Assembly: GCA_903881505.1 (NCBI GenBank)
Contig: CAIRTM010000091.1
Coordinates: 2,281 to 66,280, forward strand
Direction of reading: 5' to 3'
DNA from: an uncultured delta proteobacterium
Lineage (GTDB): Bacteria; Desulfobacterota; WTBG01; CAIYCZ01; CAIRTM01
DNA: 64,000 bases
Shown here: in pieces, positions 28,037 to 38,163 of the stretch
Position numbering within the stretch: the stretch's first letter is position 1
Layout: each line of letters begins with the position of its first letter
Translations under genes and position numbers: made by a program
The notes under the pieces: model-generated
Seen by the model: the letters and a program-made list of their open reading frames with translations, nothing else
Told to the model about the DNA's origin: nothing
Databases searched by the model: none

Positions 28037-29653
28037 TCAGCGGCGCAGGCGCGCAAGGTTAGCGCCGGCCGGTTCAAAACCGGGGTCAATCTCAAGGGCT
28101 TTCATAAAAAATGCCTCGGCTGATGCCGGGTCACCGCGCATCGCGGCGCAGACGCCCAGCAGATTATACACTTTTTGGGGCTGCGCAGCGCCCGGCAGCG
28201 CTGCTTCGAGCTGCGCGCGAGCCTCGGCCAGGCGCTTTTGTTTCACATACAGCTCACCGAGCGCCTGGCGGCATTCTGCGGCATAGGCCGGGTCGAAATA
28301 GCGGGCAGTATAGCCCAGCGCCCGCAAAAACCAGTATTCGGCACGTTCAGGCTCACCGCGCTCTTCAAACAGATAGCCCAGGTTGCGGCAGGCGGTGAAC
28401 CAGTTTTTTGCCCCCTCGAAGTAGGGGGTCGTATCGAGCTCATCCGGCGGTACGGCCCGCATGGCGCGCACCGCGCTCAGCAAGTAGGCGGCCGGATCGC
28501 GATAGTCAAGCGTGCGCAGATACAGCTGCATGCCGTACAGCAGCGCTATGGCGGCACAGACAGCTGCTGCAACAGTCGTGCTCAGGCGCCGGCGCAGAAA
28601 ATCAAGCGCCATAGCAGCCAGAAGGCAGAAGCCGACGGAAGGCAGATACAGGTAATTTTCCTTGGCAAGCACGGGCAGCGGAATAATGTTTAAAACCGGC
28701 AGGAGCGTAATGCCGATCCATGCAAGCGCCATTCCGGCCATGCCCCTGCGCACAAAAACCAGCATAAGCGCCGCGCAGACAGCGCCCGCAGCGATCAGCA
28801 CGATATCAAAAGCGCCCATGCCTGCATGCGGAACCACCAGGTTGGAGTAGTAGCACAGGTTCAGCGGCAGCAGCAGTTTTGCGCAGTAGAAGCCGAGCGT
28901 CATGAACACCAGCAGCGAACGCTGCCAGAGTGCGCAGGTAATTGTTGTCTCCGGGGAGCCTCCGAGACCTATGGCTGCAATGCGCAGCGCCAGATAGGCT
29001 GCCAGGCCCGCGCCGAGAAACACGGCTGTCCGCAGAAACTGTGCCCGGGAGGGCCTGGGCGCGGCAGCGAGGCAGTACAGGCCGTAGAGCAGCGGCATGG
29101 TCACGGCGATTTCCTTGCACAGCAGCGCGGCCAGGTAGCACAGCGCGGCCAGCGCACGCTGCGTGTCCGTGCAGTGCTGCCTGCACAGCATCAGCAGGCA
29201 GGGCAGGCAGAACAGCGCGGCCAGGACGTCGGTTCTGCCCATCACGTAGACGACCGAATGGGTATGGATCGGATGCAGGGCAAACAGCAGGGCCCCTGCA
29301 AAGCACACCACGCTGCGGCCCGGGAGCAGGCGCAGAAACAGCGCAAACACCAGAAGGCTGACAAGCAGGTGAAAAACGACGTTGGTTGCATGGTGGCCCG
29401 CAGGGCTGCGGCCCCAGAGATTGGTGTCAAGGCAGTGGGTCAGAACGGTAAGCGGGCGGTAGTACACAAAGGATTCGCCGCCCAGCGTGCTCCAGTAATC
29501 GGCGATGAATGAATGCAGGGCTGTGCCGGGATCGCCCGCCAGTTCATTCTTCAGGATAAACTGGCGGTCGCCCGCGACGAAATCGGCCTGCAGCGCGGGG
29601 CCGTAGCACGCCAGGGTTATGAGCGCCAGTATGACTGCGAGCCTGAAGGTCAT
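28037..29653 (-). CDS. TMTC-like GT-C membrane protein with C-terminal TPRs
   Basis: YYRPL, FALHPIH..SV..GR, CKE, YLYLPS, C-terminal TPR helices. Confidence 0.8.
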   Translation of the reverse strand: MTFRLAVILALITLACYGPALQADFVAGDRQFILKNELAGDPGTALHSFIADYWSTLGGESFVYYRPLTVLTHCLDTNLWGRSPAGHHATNVVFHLLVSLLVFALFLRLLPGRSVVCFAGALLFALHPIHTHSVVYVMGRTDVLAALFCLPCLLMLCRQHCTDTQRALAALCYLAALLCKEIAVTMPLLYGLYCLAAAPRPSRAQFLRTAVFLGAGLAAYLALRIAAIGLGGSPETTITCALWQRSLLVFMTLGFYCAKLLLPLNLCYYSNLVVPHAGMGAFDIVLIAAGAVCAALMLVFVRRGMAGMALAWIGITLLPVLNIIPLPVLAKENYLYLPSVGFCLLAAMALDFLRRRLSTTVAAAVCAAIALLYGMQLYLRTLDYRDPAAYLLSAVRAMRAVPPDELDTTPYFEGAKNWFTACRNLGYLFEERGEPERAEYWFLRALGYTARYFDPAYAAECRQALGELYVKQKRLAEARAQLEAALPGAAQPQKVYNLLGVCAAMRGDPASAEAFFMKALEIDPGFEPAGANLARLRR

Positions 29654-29763
29654 GGTCTGTCCGCGTGTGCAGGTGAAGCGGCTGTATGTGGCCTGTATAT
29701 AGGGTACTGCCGCCGTGTTGTCAAGCGCGGGGCACGGGCGCAACGATGTGCAGGCGCGATGTC

Positions 29764-31233
29764 TCAGGGCTGCCCGTCTGCGGGGATGTACCAGTATTTG
29801 ATCAGCGGCCAGCACTCAGGCGCAGCGGCATACTGCGGGCGCAGGACATAGTGCGCTTCGATGTCGCGCTGGAATACGCCGAAGGGCCGGTCAAGCAGGA
29901 TCGCCGCAAACCGCTGTCCGCGGATGGCGCTTTCGATTTCCATAATCAGGCGGTCACGCACCGGGCCCGGGCGGCCCCACAGTATGTCATTGATAAACCC
30001 GATATGGGCCGAATGCTTTTTGCCTGCCATCACGGCAAGGTATCCGTTTGCCGGCGCAAAGACGTCTCCATCGACTGCGCGGACAGCGGCAACGCTTCGG
30101 CGGACCACATCCGCGCTGCCCGGCACGGGAACCCGCGCAAGCGGGTTATACCACAGCAGGCTGAACTGCACGAGCGCCGCGCCGAGCACCAGCAGGCGGA
30201 GACGGCTTTTTCCGGCAGCTCCCAGCGCGAGCCCGGCGCCGATTGCAAGGGCGGCGTGAGCCGGGATAATAACATTTTTAAACCCTCCGAGTTTCATCCA
30301 GTGCATGCAGGAAGCTGCAAGCATTGCCATGACAGTCAGAGCGTACAGCAGCACGGGGCCGCGATTTGTTTTGAAAGGGGCCAGAAAAAAATATGCGGCT
30401 GTCATGCAGACTGCAAGTCCGAGCGGCGGCAGAATCTGTTGCAGCCAGAACGAGCCGGCCCTGTTCCAAAGCACCGCATGCTGGCTGGGGAGTTCAAATA
30501 CATAATAAAAATACCATCCATTGCAGGCTGCGTTCAGCAGCAGACTTGTCAGTCCTGCTAATGCTGCCGTCGTGCCGGTAAAACAGAGCGCCTGAATGCG
30601 CGGCCTGAATATCCACGCCCACAGGCACAGGGGCACAAACAGGACAAGTGCGGTCTGCTTTGTCAGTGCTGAGGCGGCAAGCAGGGTACCGGCAAGCAGG
30701 CAGCCCCGTATGCCGGGCGTGAATCGCAGGGTGTACAGGCTGCCCAGAAACAGAACAAGAAACAAAGGATCGATCCTGCCGATGTCAAAATAGGTCGCGC
30801 TCGCGTGATATGTTGCGGCGAAAAAGCCCGCGGCCCACAGGCCGGCAGAGCGGCTGCGGGTTTCGCGGCAAACGATAGCGCAGATAAGCGCCATCGAGCC
30901 CAGGGTGGACAGGATTGACACCATCCGGAGCGTGAAAAATCCAGGCCCGGTAATGCGGGCCAGCGCGGCAGATACATATATATATAAAGGCGGATAAATT
31001 GTCGGCACATATTCGATGGACGGACTTCCGTAAAGCGCCTGCCCGCCAAGCACCCGCAGCATCATGTAATACATCCCGCTTTCATACCATTCCACCGCGC
31101 CAGGAAACGGCAGGCGCATCGCGGCGATGACGCAGAAAACAGCCAGGTACCAGCAGGCGCAGGCCGTGAGGGCAGCGCGCAGAAATTTTTCTGCGCTCTG
31201 CGGGCTCCACAGGGCTGTAGGCGTTTTTGTCAT
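29764..31233 (-). CDS. ArnT/PMT-like (GT39/GT83) membrane glycosyltransferase
   Basis: YPPLYIY, LRMVS, RIDPLF, LTKQT; multi-pass membrane protein. Confidence 0.75.
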   Translation of the reverse strand: MTKTPTALWSPQSAEKFLRAALTACACWYLAVFCVIAAMRLPFPGAVEWYESGMYYMMLRVLGGQALYGSPSIEYVPTIYPPLYIYVSAALARITGPGFFTLRMVSILSTLGSMALICAIVCRETRSRSAGLWAAGFFAATYHASATYFDIGRIDPLFLVLFLGSLYTLRFTPGIRGCLLAGTLLAASALTKQTALVLFVPLCLWAWIFRPRIQALCFTGTTAALAGLTSLLLNAACNGWYFYYVFELPSQHAVLWNRAGSFWLQQILPPLGLAVCMTAAYFFLAPFKTNRGPVLLYALTVMAMLAASCMHWMKLGGFKNVIIPAHAALAIGAGLALGAAGKSRLRLLVLGAALVQFSLLWYNPLARVPVPGSADVVRRSVAAVRAVDGDVFAPANGYLAVMAGKKHSAHIGFINDILWGRPGPVRDRLIMEIESAIRGQRFAAILLDRPFGVFQRDIEAHYVLRPQYAAAPECWPLIKYWYIPADGQP

Positions 31234-33650
31234 GAATGCCCCTGTGCGGATGTGCGCCGCCGGCGCGAGACGTATCCGGCAGCGCAGAGCGTGACCAGTA
31301 TGGACGCGGTTGCAGCCGATACTGCCATGCCGGCAAAAAATGAGCGCGGCCGGTACACGAATGCAACCCGCGAGTCGCCCGGTTCGAGCATGACACCGCG
31401 CAGGGTGTGATTGACGCGCAAAACAGGCTGTTCGCGTCCGTTGACCAGCGCGCGCCAGCCCGGAAACCACGTATCCGAGAGCACCAGCAGGGCGTTTTGT
31501 TCCGTGGCAACACGCACATCCACCCGGTTGGCCCCGTAGCCTGTGATGGCTGCCGATGCTGCAGCGCCGCCGATGCGGCCCGCGCCAAGCATTGCCTGCA
31601 GATTTTCAGGCAAACGCGCAACTTCGGACTGCGGTATAAAGGCTGCAAGGCGTTCAAAATCACCGGCATGTATTCTCTTCAGCACGCCGGCGTCGTCCGG
31701 GCACACAGTCACGGACGCGGCCGGAAAAGCGCGCGGCCACACATCCGGGTTGCGGTACAGGCTGACCGGGCCGCGGCTTAAGCGCTCAAGCCGCAGACCC
31801 GGCATCGGCCGCGGGCTGATGATGTATTTTACGTTCAGCATGGAAAAAACCCTGCGGCAGTAGCGGTCTTCGTCCGGATCGCTGCCGCCGCCGGCAAGGT
31901 ACAGCAGCACCGGGCCGAAGACCTCGTAGTAGCGCACATTTAACAGTTCGCTGTATTCATCAACCGAAGCAAGCCCGTGGTACAGGTGCATGTTGGGAGG
32001 CAGTGCCTGACTGAGCATGCGGTAGACACGGTCAAATCCCAGATGCGGGGTATGCGCATAGGACCTGTTGCTGGCGATACGCGACAGCGAATATATCCGG
32101 TACACGGAATCATCCTGCTGCAAAGCGGTAACAATGGAGCCGGGCCGCCGTATTTCGCTGCGGTCAAGCCACGGATCTCCAGGCGCGCCGAGGAAATACA
32201 GGTCGGCGCCTGCGGCGGCGGCGATGCACACCGCTATCAGGCCGGCTCGGCGTTTGAAGCGGATGGCGCACCAGGCCAGCACGGCAAGGGTTCCGAAAAG
32301 CAGCGCGGCGATGAACGTGCCCCGGTAGAGTTCAAAAAAAAGGGACTCGCGCAGAGGTTCGAAGTAGTCGCCTTCCGGGCAGACGGCAATAAACCAGTTC
32401 CAGAAAAAGTTCCGCCCGGCCGCCCCGGCAAGCAGCAAAGCCAGCAGCACGCAGACGGGCAGCAGCAGCGGCTTCAGAATGCCGCGGATGCTGGCGCGCG
32501 CGCGCAGGCTGTTCAAAAACACATCCGCGCCCAGGCCGCTCATGGCAGCCAGCGCAAAGGCGCTGATCAGCAGAAATTTTACCGGGTACTGCATCAGGCG
32601 CAGGGCCGGCACGGCCTCCATGATGAATGATAACAGGGGATTGTATGCGCCCAGCGCCATAAACAGCCCCAGCAGCGCGGCGGTGAGCAGGATTTTTTTC
32701 CGGGCGCAGCGGCCGCGCAGCAGGTACAGGGCCGTAAAACACAGCGGAAAAATGCCGATGTAGGCGGTGTCGAGCCAGTGCTGGCCGAACCAGCGCGTAT
32801 GCGGCACCAGCCTGCCGAACGGGTAGGGGTGCACAAGCTGCAGCAGTTCAAGCGGGTGCAGCGACCAGCGCAGGGCCTGGGCAGCCTCAAGCCCGCCGGC
32901 GCGGTGCGAATGCGAGACAAATTCGATAAACGGCAGCAGCACGATTGCAGCAAGCAGCAGCCCGCCGGTCCACACGAGCGCGCATATCCCCGCGCACGCA
33001 GCCTTTGTGCGCGGCGCGTACAGGGCGCACAGGCCCGTGCACAGCATGGTGGCGGCCACGCAAAACGACGCATCTCCCGAAAAAACCTGCAGGCCGGCCA
33101 GCGCGGTTGCAGCCAGCGCCCATATCAGGCTGCGCTCCTGCAGGGCCGTGCTGAAGCACAGCACAATGAGCGGCAGCCAGGTCGCGGCGGTCAGAAAGGC
33201 GAGGTTGTCGCATATAGACTGCATGTAGCCGCCAAAGGCAAATACGAGCCCGGCTATGACGGCGGCAAAACAACTGCCGTTCCAGTGCCGCATCAGGGCG
33301 TACATGAACAGGGCGGCCAGGACATAGTGGACGATGACAAAGGCGCTGTAGCCGGCGGGAAACGGCAGCAGATACATGAGCGCGCTGAGCGGATAAAACA
33401 CCGAGCTTTGCACGTTTGCCACAAACGGCACGCCGCAGGCATTCAGCGGGTTCCACAGCGGCAGCGAGCCTCCAAGCAGCGTATCCAGGGCGAAAAACCG
33501 GCGCGGCATGAAAAACAGGTAGTGGTCGCGCGCCGAGAACGTCTTACCAAGAAACACCGCCTCATGAAAAAAACAGGCGGCGGCCAGGAGAAAAACCGCA
33601 AGAGGAATCAGGCGCGCGCAAAAACTGCGCATGTCGAAAGGCTGCTTCAT
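31230..33650 (-). CDS. YfhO family membrane protein (GT-C)
   Basis: LPLWNP...G.P, FYPL, C-terminal LVLSDTWFPGWRA.VNG...YRP. Confidence 0.85.
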   Translation of the reverse strand: MKQPFDMRSFCARLIPLAVFLLAAACFFHEAVFLGKTFSARDHYLFFMPRRFFALDTLLGGSLPLWNPLNACGVPFVANVQSSVFYPLSALMYLLPFPAGYSAFVIVHYVLAALFMYALMRHWNGSCFAAVIAGLVFAFGGYMQSICDNLAFLTAATWLPLIVLCFSTALQERSLIWALAATALAGLQVFSGDASFCVAATMLCTGLCALYAPRTKAACAGICALVWTGGLLLAAIVLLPFIEFVSHSHRAGGLEAAQALRWSLHPLELLQLVHPYPFGRLVPHTRWFGQHWLDTAYIGIFPLCFTALYLLRGRCARKKILLTAALLGLFMALGAYNPLLSFIMEAVPALRLMQYPVKFLLISAFALAAMSGLGADVFLNSLRARASIRGILKPLLLPVCVLLALLLAGAAGRNFFWNWFIAVCPEGDYFEPLRESLFFELYRGTFIAALLFGTLAVLAWCAIRFKRRAGLIAVCIAAAAGADLYFLGAPGDPWLDRSEIRRPGSIVTALQQDDSVYRIYSLSRIASNRSYAHTPHLGFDRVYRMLSQALPPNMHLYHGLASVDEYSELLNVRYYEVFGPVLLYLAGGGSDPDEDRYCRRVFSMLNVKYIISPRPMPGLRLERLSRGPVSLYRNPDVWPRAFPAASVTVCPDDAGVLKRIHAGDFERLAAFIPQSEVARLPENLQAMLGAGRIGGAAASAAITGYGANRVDVRVATEQNALLVLSDTWFPGWRALVNGREQPVLRVNHTLRGVMLEPGDSRVAFVYRPRSFFAGMAVSAATASILVTLCAAGYVSRRRRTSAQGHS

Positions 33651-33655
33651 AACGG

Positions 33656-34867
33656 TCAGTATCGCAGAAGGCTTGCAAGTTTATGATATTTCGGCCGCGA
33701 GCCGAACAGCATGCAGCATCGCGCGCATGCGGGCCAGGCGCCCGTGCGCCGTATCGTGCGGCGCAGCTGCCGGGCAGGCCGCGCATTCCAGACGCTGCGA
33801 AAGCTGCTGTTTTTGACGCTGCCGAGCGCCGGCAGAAAGCACAGAGGGCTTAAAATAATTGACCCCGACGGGGTAACCGTCACGTTTCGCCAGGCAGCGG
33901 TGCATTTGTTGTAGCAGACGAACCGCTCGGGGCGGCTGTAATACAGGCCGAGCTCGGGCTCGCTGAGCTCGGGCTCAAAAAAGACCGGAAACCGGGAGCG
34001 CGCGGCGGTATTTTTTACCGCAGCGACGGTTGCGAGCAGTCTGTCCGCATGCATGGCGGCGATGTCGACGCCCTGAATATTTTCTTCGGCAGCCGGCATT
34101 GTTGCGGCAAACGTTTTGTTGTGGCATGCGGCAATGGTGCTGTCGCGAAACCACAGGTGGTTGATGGTCAGGCTTGCAACCGGCAGGCCGTATTCAGTGA
34201 GCGCTGCAACAAAGGCGGGCACGTGATCGAGATTGTGGTTTGACAGGGTACAGGTAATATGCAGCGGCGCCCGGCCCCAGCCCCTTCGCCGCCAGGCCGC
34301 CTCGAACGCCCGCATGCCGCCGAGGGCCAGCGCAAACGTGCCCTCAACACCGCGGACACGGTCATGGACGCTTTCGAGCCCGTCAAGCGAGACCGTTATA
34401 TCCAGAGCGTCCGGGTGCGGGCACAGGGCGGTCAGCTGCCCGGCGCTGCGCTCAAGCAGGGTTGCATTCGTGGTGATATGAAGGCGCAAGCCCCTTTGCA
34501 GTATGCGCTCGGCGATTGCGCTCCAGTGCGGGGCCATGAAGGGTTCAGCGCCGGTCAGCAGCACAAGCGGCCTGGGAACAAAGGACGCGAGCTGGTCGAC
34601 CAGGCCGAGCCATTCTTCGCGGCTCAGCGGGTCGGGGCCGCTGCGCACGGCCTGCACCAGGGGAGAAATGCCGGCGCGGGTGTCCCGGGCATTTGCGCGG
34701 CCGATATCGCACATTGTGCACCGCAGGTTGCAGGCATGCGACAAAACAAGGCATACTGACCGGGGCGGCAGGCTCCAGCCCCTGCACAGCGCATAGTCGG
34801 CGTTGAAAAAATTGAACCCGTGCAGCAGCCGGGCAAGTATTCTCTTGCTTTTCATACACGCGTACAA
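33656..34867 (-). CDS. Radical SAM protein with SPASM/twitch-like C-terminus
   Basis: CNLRCTMC, TGAEP, VSLDG, C-terminal CTAAW...CARCC. Confidence 0.88.
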   Translation of the reverse strand: MYACMKSKRILARLLHGFNFFNADYALCRGWSLPPRSVCLVLSHACNLRCTMCDIGRANARDTRAGISPLVQAVRSGPDPLSREEWLGLVDQLASFVPRPLVLLTGAEPFMAPHWSAIAERILQRGLRLHITTNATLLERSAGQLTALCPHPDALDITVSLDGLESVHDRVRGVEGTFALALGGMRAFEAAWRRRGWGRAPLHITCTLSNHNLDHVPAFVAALTEYGLPVASLTINHLWFRDSTIAACHNKTFAATMPAAEENIQGVDIAAMHADRLLATVAAVKNTAARSRFPVFFEPELSEPELGLYYSRPERFVCYNKCTAAWRNVTVTPSGSIILSPLCFLPALGSVKNSSFRSVWNARPARQLRRTIRRTGAWPACARCCMLFGSRPKYHKLASLLRY

Positions 34868-34893
34868 ACCCAGGGCTGTTTGCCGTCAGTCGG

Positions 34894-36072
34894 TTAGATA
34901 TCCCTTCGCCGGTAAAGCGCGCAAAAGCGATCGATCATCGTATCAAAGCGGTACTTCGTTTCAGCGATATGGCGCCCGTACGCGCCCAGTTCCCGGGCCT
35001 TGCCCGGGTCACTCAGCAGGCTCTCAAGCGCGGCTGCAAGCGCCGCGGCGTCATCGGGCGGCACCAGCAGTCCGCTGCGGCCATGGGTAACAAGATCGCT
35101 GTTGCCGCTGACCGCAGTGGCAACCACCGGCAGGCCGCAGGCCATGGCCTCAAGCACGGAGTTGGACATGCCCTCATGGAACGAGGCCATGACAAAGATA
35201 TCGGCACATTGATACCAAGGCACTATATCCGTTTGCGCCTGCCGGAGCATGACGCGCCCGGCGGTGCCGAGCTCTGCCGCCAGACGCTCAAGCCGCGCAT
35301 GTTCAGGACCGCTGCCGATAATAGCGAGTACGGGCGCGCTGGTGCTTAGCTGCGCGTGCGCCTTCAGCAAAACGGCCAGGCCCTTTTCCGGTGAAAGGCG
35401 GCCGGTATACAGAATAAGCGGCGCAGGCGGAAGATTCAGCGCATGGCGCAGCTGCTCCCGGCCCTGCGCCGGACGGTACGTATCCGTATCGACTCCGTTG
35501 GGGATGCACACGGTGCGGCCGGCCGGATACGCGATCCGGGAAACCTCGTGCTGCATCCCGGGGGTCAGCACGACTATGGCTGAAGCACATCGGCTCAGCC
35601 TGAGAAAAAGCCGGCCCCAGGGGCTTTGCCTGTGCCGGCCGACATCACCGCCCCTGCCGCCGCCGGACAGATGCAGAAACGCGCGCTTGCCCAGCAGCCG
35701 TCCGATGATAATGGCCGCGGCGGAGCTGTGACCGACCTGAAAGGCATGCACAGCCTGGTAGCGGGTTCGCTGCAGGATCAAAAAAAGCACGGCCCGGGAG
35801 ATAAAAACGCAGGCCCCGAGGCCTTTTATGCGCGGGCAGGCAAAGCGATAGATGACCACCCCGGAGCGTTCCTGCCGGTGGGCGTATCCGGCGCACAGGC
35901 GGCTGGTAAGAATGGTCACGGCCATGCCGCGCTCTGCCAGCGCGTCGGCCAGGGCGGCCACCCGCTTTTCGAGACCGCCGGTAAAGGGGTAAAAATAGCG
36001 GGAGACGAAAACGACCTCGGGCCTGTGCGGCTGTGCTGCGGCAGTCTCAGGAGCCATGCCCGTTGATTTCAT
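34894..36072 (-). CDS. Glycosyltransferase family 4
   Basis: GGLE, IPNGVD, GRLSPEKG, EGMSNSVLEAMACG. Confidence 0.9.
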   Translation of the reverse strand: MKSTGMAPETAAAQPHRPEVVFVSRYFYPFTGGLEKRVAALADALAERGMAVTILTSRLCAGYAHRQERSGVVIYRFACPRIKGLGACVFISRAVLFLILQRTRYQAVHAFQVGHSSAAAIIIGRLLGKRAFLHLSGGGRGGDVGRHRQSPWGRLFLRLSRCASAIVVLTPGMQHEVSRIAYPAGRTVCIPNGVDTDTYRPAQGREQLRHALNLPPAPLILYTGRLSPEKGLAVLLKAHAQLSTSAPVLAIIGSGPEHARLERLAAELGTAGRVMLRQAQTDIVPWYQCADIFVMASFHEGMSNSVLEAMACGLPVVATAVSGNSDLVTHGRSGLLVPPDDAAALAAALESLLSDPGKARELGAYGRHIAETKYRFDTMIDRFCALYRRRDI

Positions 36073-37393
36073 GTGTTGTGAGCCGTTGAAGGGCGCATCC
36101 GATTCCGATCAAAGACCAGAACGTCATTGAAACACTTACCGTGCTGAATGTAAAGATATCGTTGACCAGGCAGCCGGCAAACCCGCTGAACAGTCCGCAC
36201 AGAAGCATGCGCGCCTCAGGATGCGTGCCGGACGCCCGGATGGCTGCGTACATTCCGCGCATGAATATAATCAGCAGGGCCACATAGGCGCCCAGCCCGA
36301 CCAGGCCCTGGGTGAGGGCGATATCGAGATAATTGTTGTGGATGCGGTCAAGAATTTCAAGGATATTGAAGCGTGCGGCCTTTTCAAAGTTGACCTGCAC
36401 AAGGGCGTCAAAGCCCGTATCGGGGCCGTGACCGAACCACGGGCGCTCCAGGATGACCGGAATCGAGTGGCGCCAGGTAAACAGGCGCGTGCCAAGGCCG
36501 TCGCTCTGGCGCACGTCAAGGGTCGCGACCGCGCGGCTGGAAATGGTGGTAAAAAAAGCCCTCGGGCCCGAGCCTCTCAGGGCAGTTGAGAGCACTCCGA
36601 TTGCAACAATCAGCACGCACCCGGCGCCAAGCAGCAGGCCAAGCCTCCGGCGTACGGCCGGGCCGGCAGCGCGCGCGAGCGCAGCGAACACAGCCAGCCC
36701 GACGCCGCAGCCGGCCATGCTCGCCCGGCTGTAGGTCAGCACCAGGGTCGTGCAGGCGAGCACGCCTCCTGCGGCCCACAGCAGTGCCTGGCGCGCCCCG
36801 GCGGCCGCTGCCGCCCCGGCGGCGAACAGGGGCAGCACCAGCACTAGGAAACGGCCCAGAAAATTGGCATTGCCCATGGTGGCTGAAATGTAGGGCTGGT
36901 GCAGCTCCGGCGGCCGCAAATGCTGCAGGGGCGATATGCCGAAGGCCTGCAGGCACAGAAATTCGATGATGCCGTAGAGCGCGATCAGTGCCGTGCTGAT
37001 GCACAGGGCCCGGATCAGGCCGCGGGCCTGATCGAAGGTCTGAATGAAAAACGCAAAAACAGGGCACAGCAGCACGTAGGTTATGATGGTGAAAAAAGAT
37101 TCGCCGCGGGCGAAATCGCCGCGCAGGCTGAATGCCGGGTTGATTGAAAACGCGGTTGCAATGCAGGCTGACAGCGCGAAGGCAAACAGCGGAAGAGCGA
37201 TGGGCAGCGCCTGCAGGCGCACACGGTTTTTACCGGGGGCCTGCGCGAGCGCGCACACGGCCAGCAGGCACACCAGCACATAGGCCGACTCGCGCTTTAT
37301 GAGTTCAACCGAATTGACCGCAAAAGGATTGACCAGCAGCGGCAGGCCGGCAATCAGAAAAAAAAGAATTATTTTTATCGTGCTTGCGGTCAT
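36047..37393 (-). CDS. O-antigen ligase family protein (Wzy_C), candidate pilin O-oligosaccharyltransferase
   Basis: GNANFLG, TYSRA, RPWFGHG, HNNYLD; directly downstream of pilA. Confidence 0.8.
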   Translation of the reverse strand: MTASTIKIILFFLIAGLPLLVNPFAVNSVELIKRESAYVLVCLLAVCALAQAPGKNRVRLQALPIALPLFAFALSACIATAFSINPAFSLRGDFARGESFFTIITYVLLCPVFAFFIQTFDQARGLIRALCISTALIALYGIIEFLCLQAFGISPLQHLRPPELHQPYISATMGNANFLGRFLVLVLPLFAAGAAAAAGARQALLWAAGGVLACTTLVLTYSRASMAGCGVGLAVFAALARAAGPAVRRRLGLLLGAGCVLIVAIGVLSTALRGSGPRAFFTTISSRAVATLDVRQSDGLGTRLFTWRHSIPVILERPWFGHGPDTGFDALVQVNFEKAARFNILEILDRIHNNYLDIALTQGLVGLGAYVALLIIFMRGMYAAIRASGTHPEARMLLCGLFSGFAGCLVNDIFTFSTVSVSMTFWSLIGIGCALQRLTTHEINGHGS

Positions 37394-37473
37394 GGCCCGG
37401 TCATGGCATGCAAAAAGGGCAGCGGCCATCTTCCCGGCCGCTGCCCTTGCAGAGCAGGTGTTCTTTTTTGGCG

Positions 37474-37950
37474 TTATGTCCTGGTGAAGCGCTGAATCCC
37501 GCTGGAGCGAACCTCAATGAGTGCGCCGGTCAGGCCGTCCGGTACGCCCAGGGTCGAGAACTGGAAATAATAGTCGTCACCGTCGGTGCCGTCGCCATCC
37601 AGGTCCCAGGTGTCGTATGCCGTCATCTCCATGCCCTGTGCGGCAGAAGAGTCTTTCAGGGCTGCGCCGTTTGAGTTCAGCGCGGCGGTCAGGGTGGTCC
37701 AGTCCGTGGGATCAATATCAACCCAGTCGGCGCCGCCGTCGTTCGGGAACAGGTTGCTGACCGAGTCGGCCGCATAGGCTGCCATGGCGCCGCGGATTGA
37801 TTCGCAGGTGCCGACAGCTGCTGCAACGCGGGACCGGTTGCGGTACTGCACGAAGTTAGGCACGGCAATGGCTGCCAGAATACCGATGATTGCCACGACA
37901 ATCATCAACTCAATCAGTGTAAAACCTTTTTCATTCCTGTTGATCATCAT
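37474..37950 (-). CDS. pilA: Type IVa major pilin
   Basis: Class III signal KG/FTLIELMIVVAIIGILAAIAVP; GGAGG RBS; downstream of pilRS. Confidence 0.92.
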   Translation of the reverse strand: MMINRNEKGFTLIELMIVVAIIGILAAIAVPNFVQYRNRSRVAAAVGTCESIRGAMAAYAADSVSNLFPNDGGADWVDIDPTDWTTLTAALNSNGAALKDSSAAQGMEMTAYDTWDLDGDGTDGDDYYFQFSTLGVPDGLTGALIEVRSSGIQRFTRT

Positions 37951-38027
37951 TGCTTGTTCCTCCTGTTTGTTTTGGTGCGTTGTTTAAAGCGTTTTTCCAC
38001 GACAATTTTTTCTATGCCAGAAAGAAG

Positions 38028-38043
38028 TGCAAGGCCTGTGCCA
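38028..38043 (-). promoter_or_regulatory. Sigma54 -24/-12 promoter of pilA
   Basis: Minus strand reads TGGCACAGGCCTTGCA, matching TGGCAC-N5-TTGCA. Confidence 0.88.
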
Positions 38044-38129
38044 ACATCGAGGAGAAATTAAAACAAAAGCCAATTCGGTATGTTATGATTTTATAGGCGT
38101 TTAAGCTGCGCTTTTGCTCGGCCCCGGAG

Positions 38130-38144
38130 TGACAATTTTTGTCA
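38130..38144. promoter_or_regulatory. Candidate PilR upstream activator site
   Basis: Palindrome TGACA-ATTTT-TGTCA about 90 nt upstream of the -24 box. Confidence 0.6.
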
Positions 38145-38163
38145 GCAAAACACTCAAAAAACG

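Noticed and set aside
37474-37950. Geobacter-type short conductive pilin
   Set aside because: The pilin is 158 aa with a full globular head, not the truncated type.
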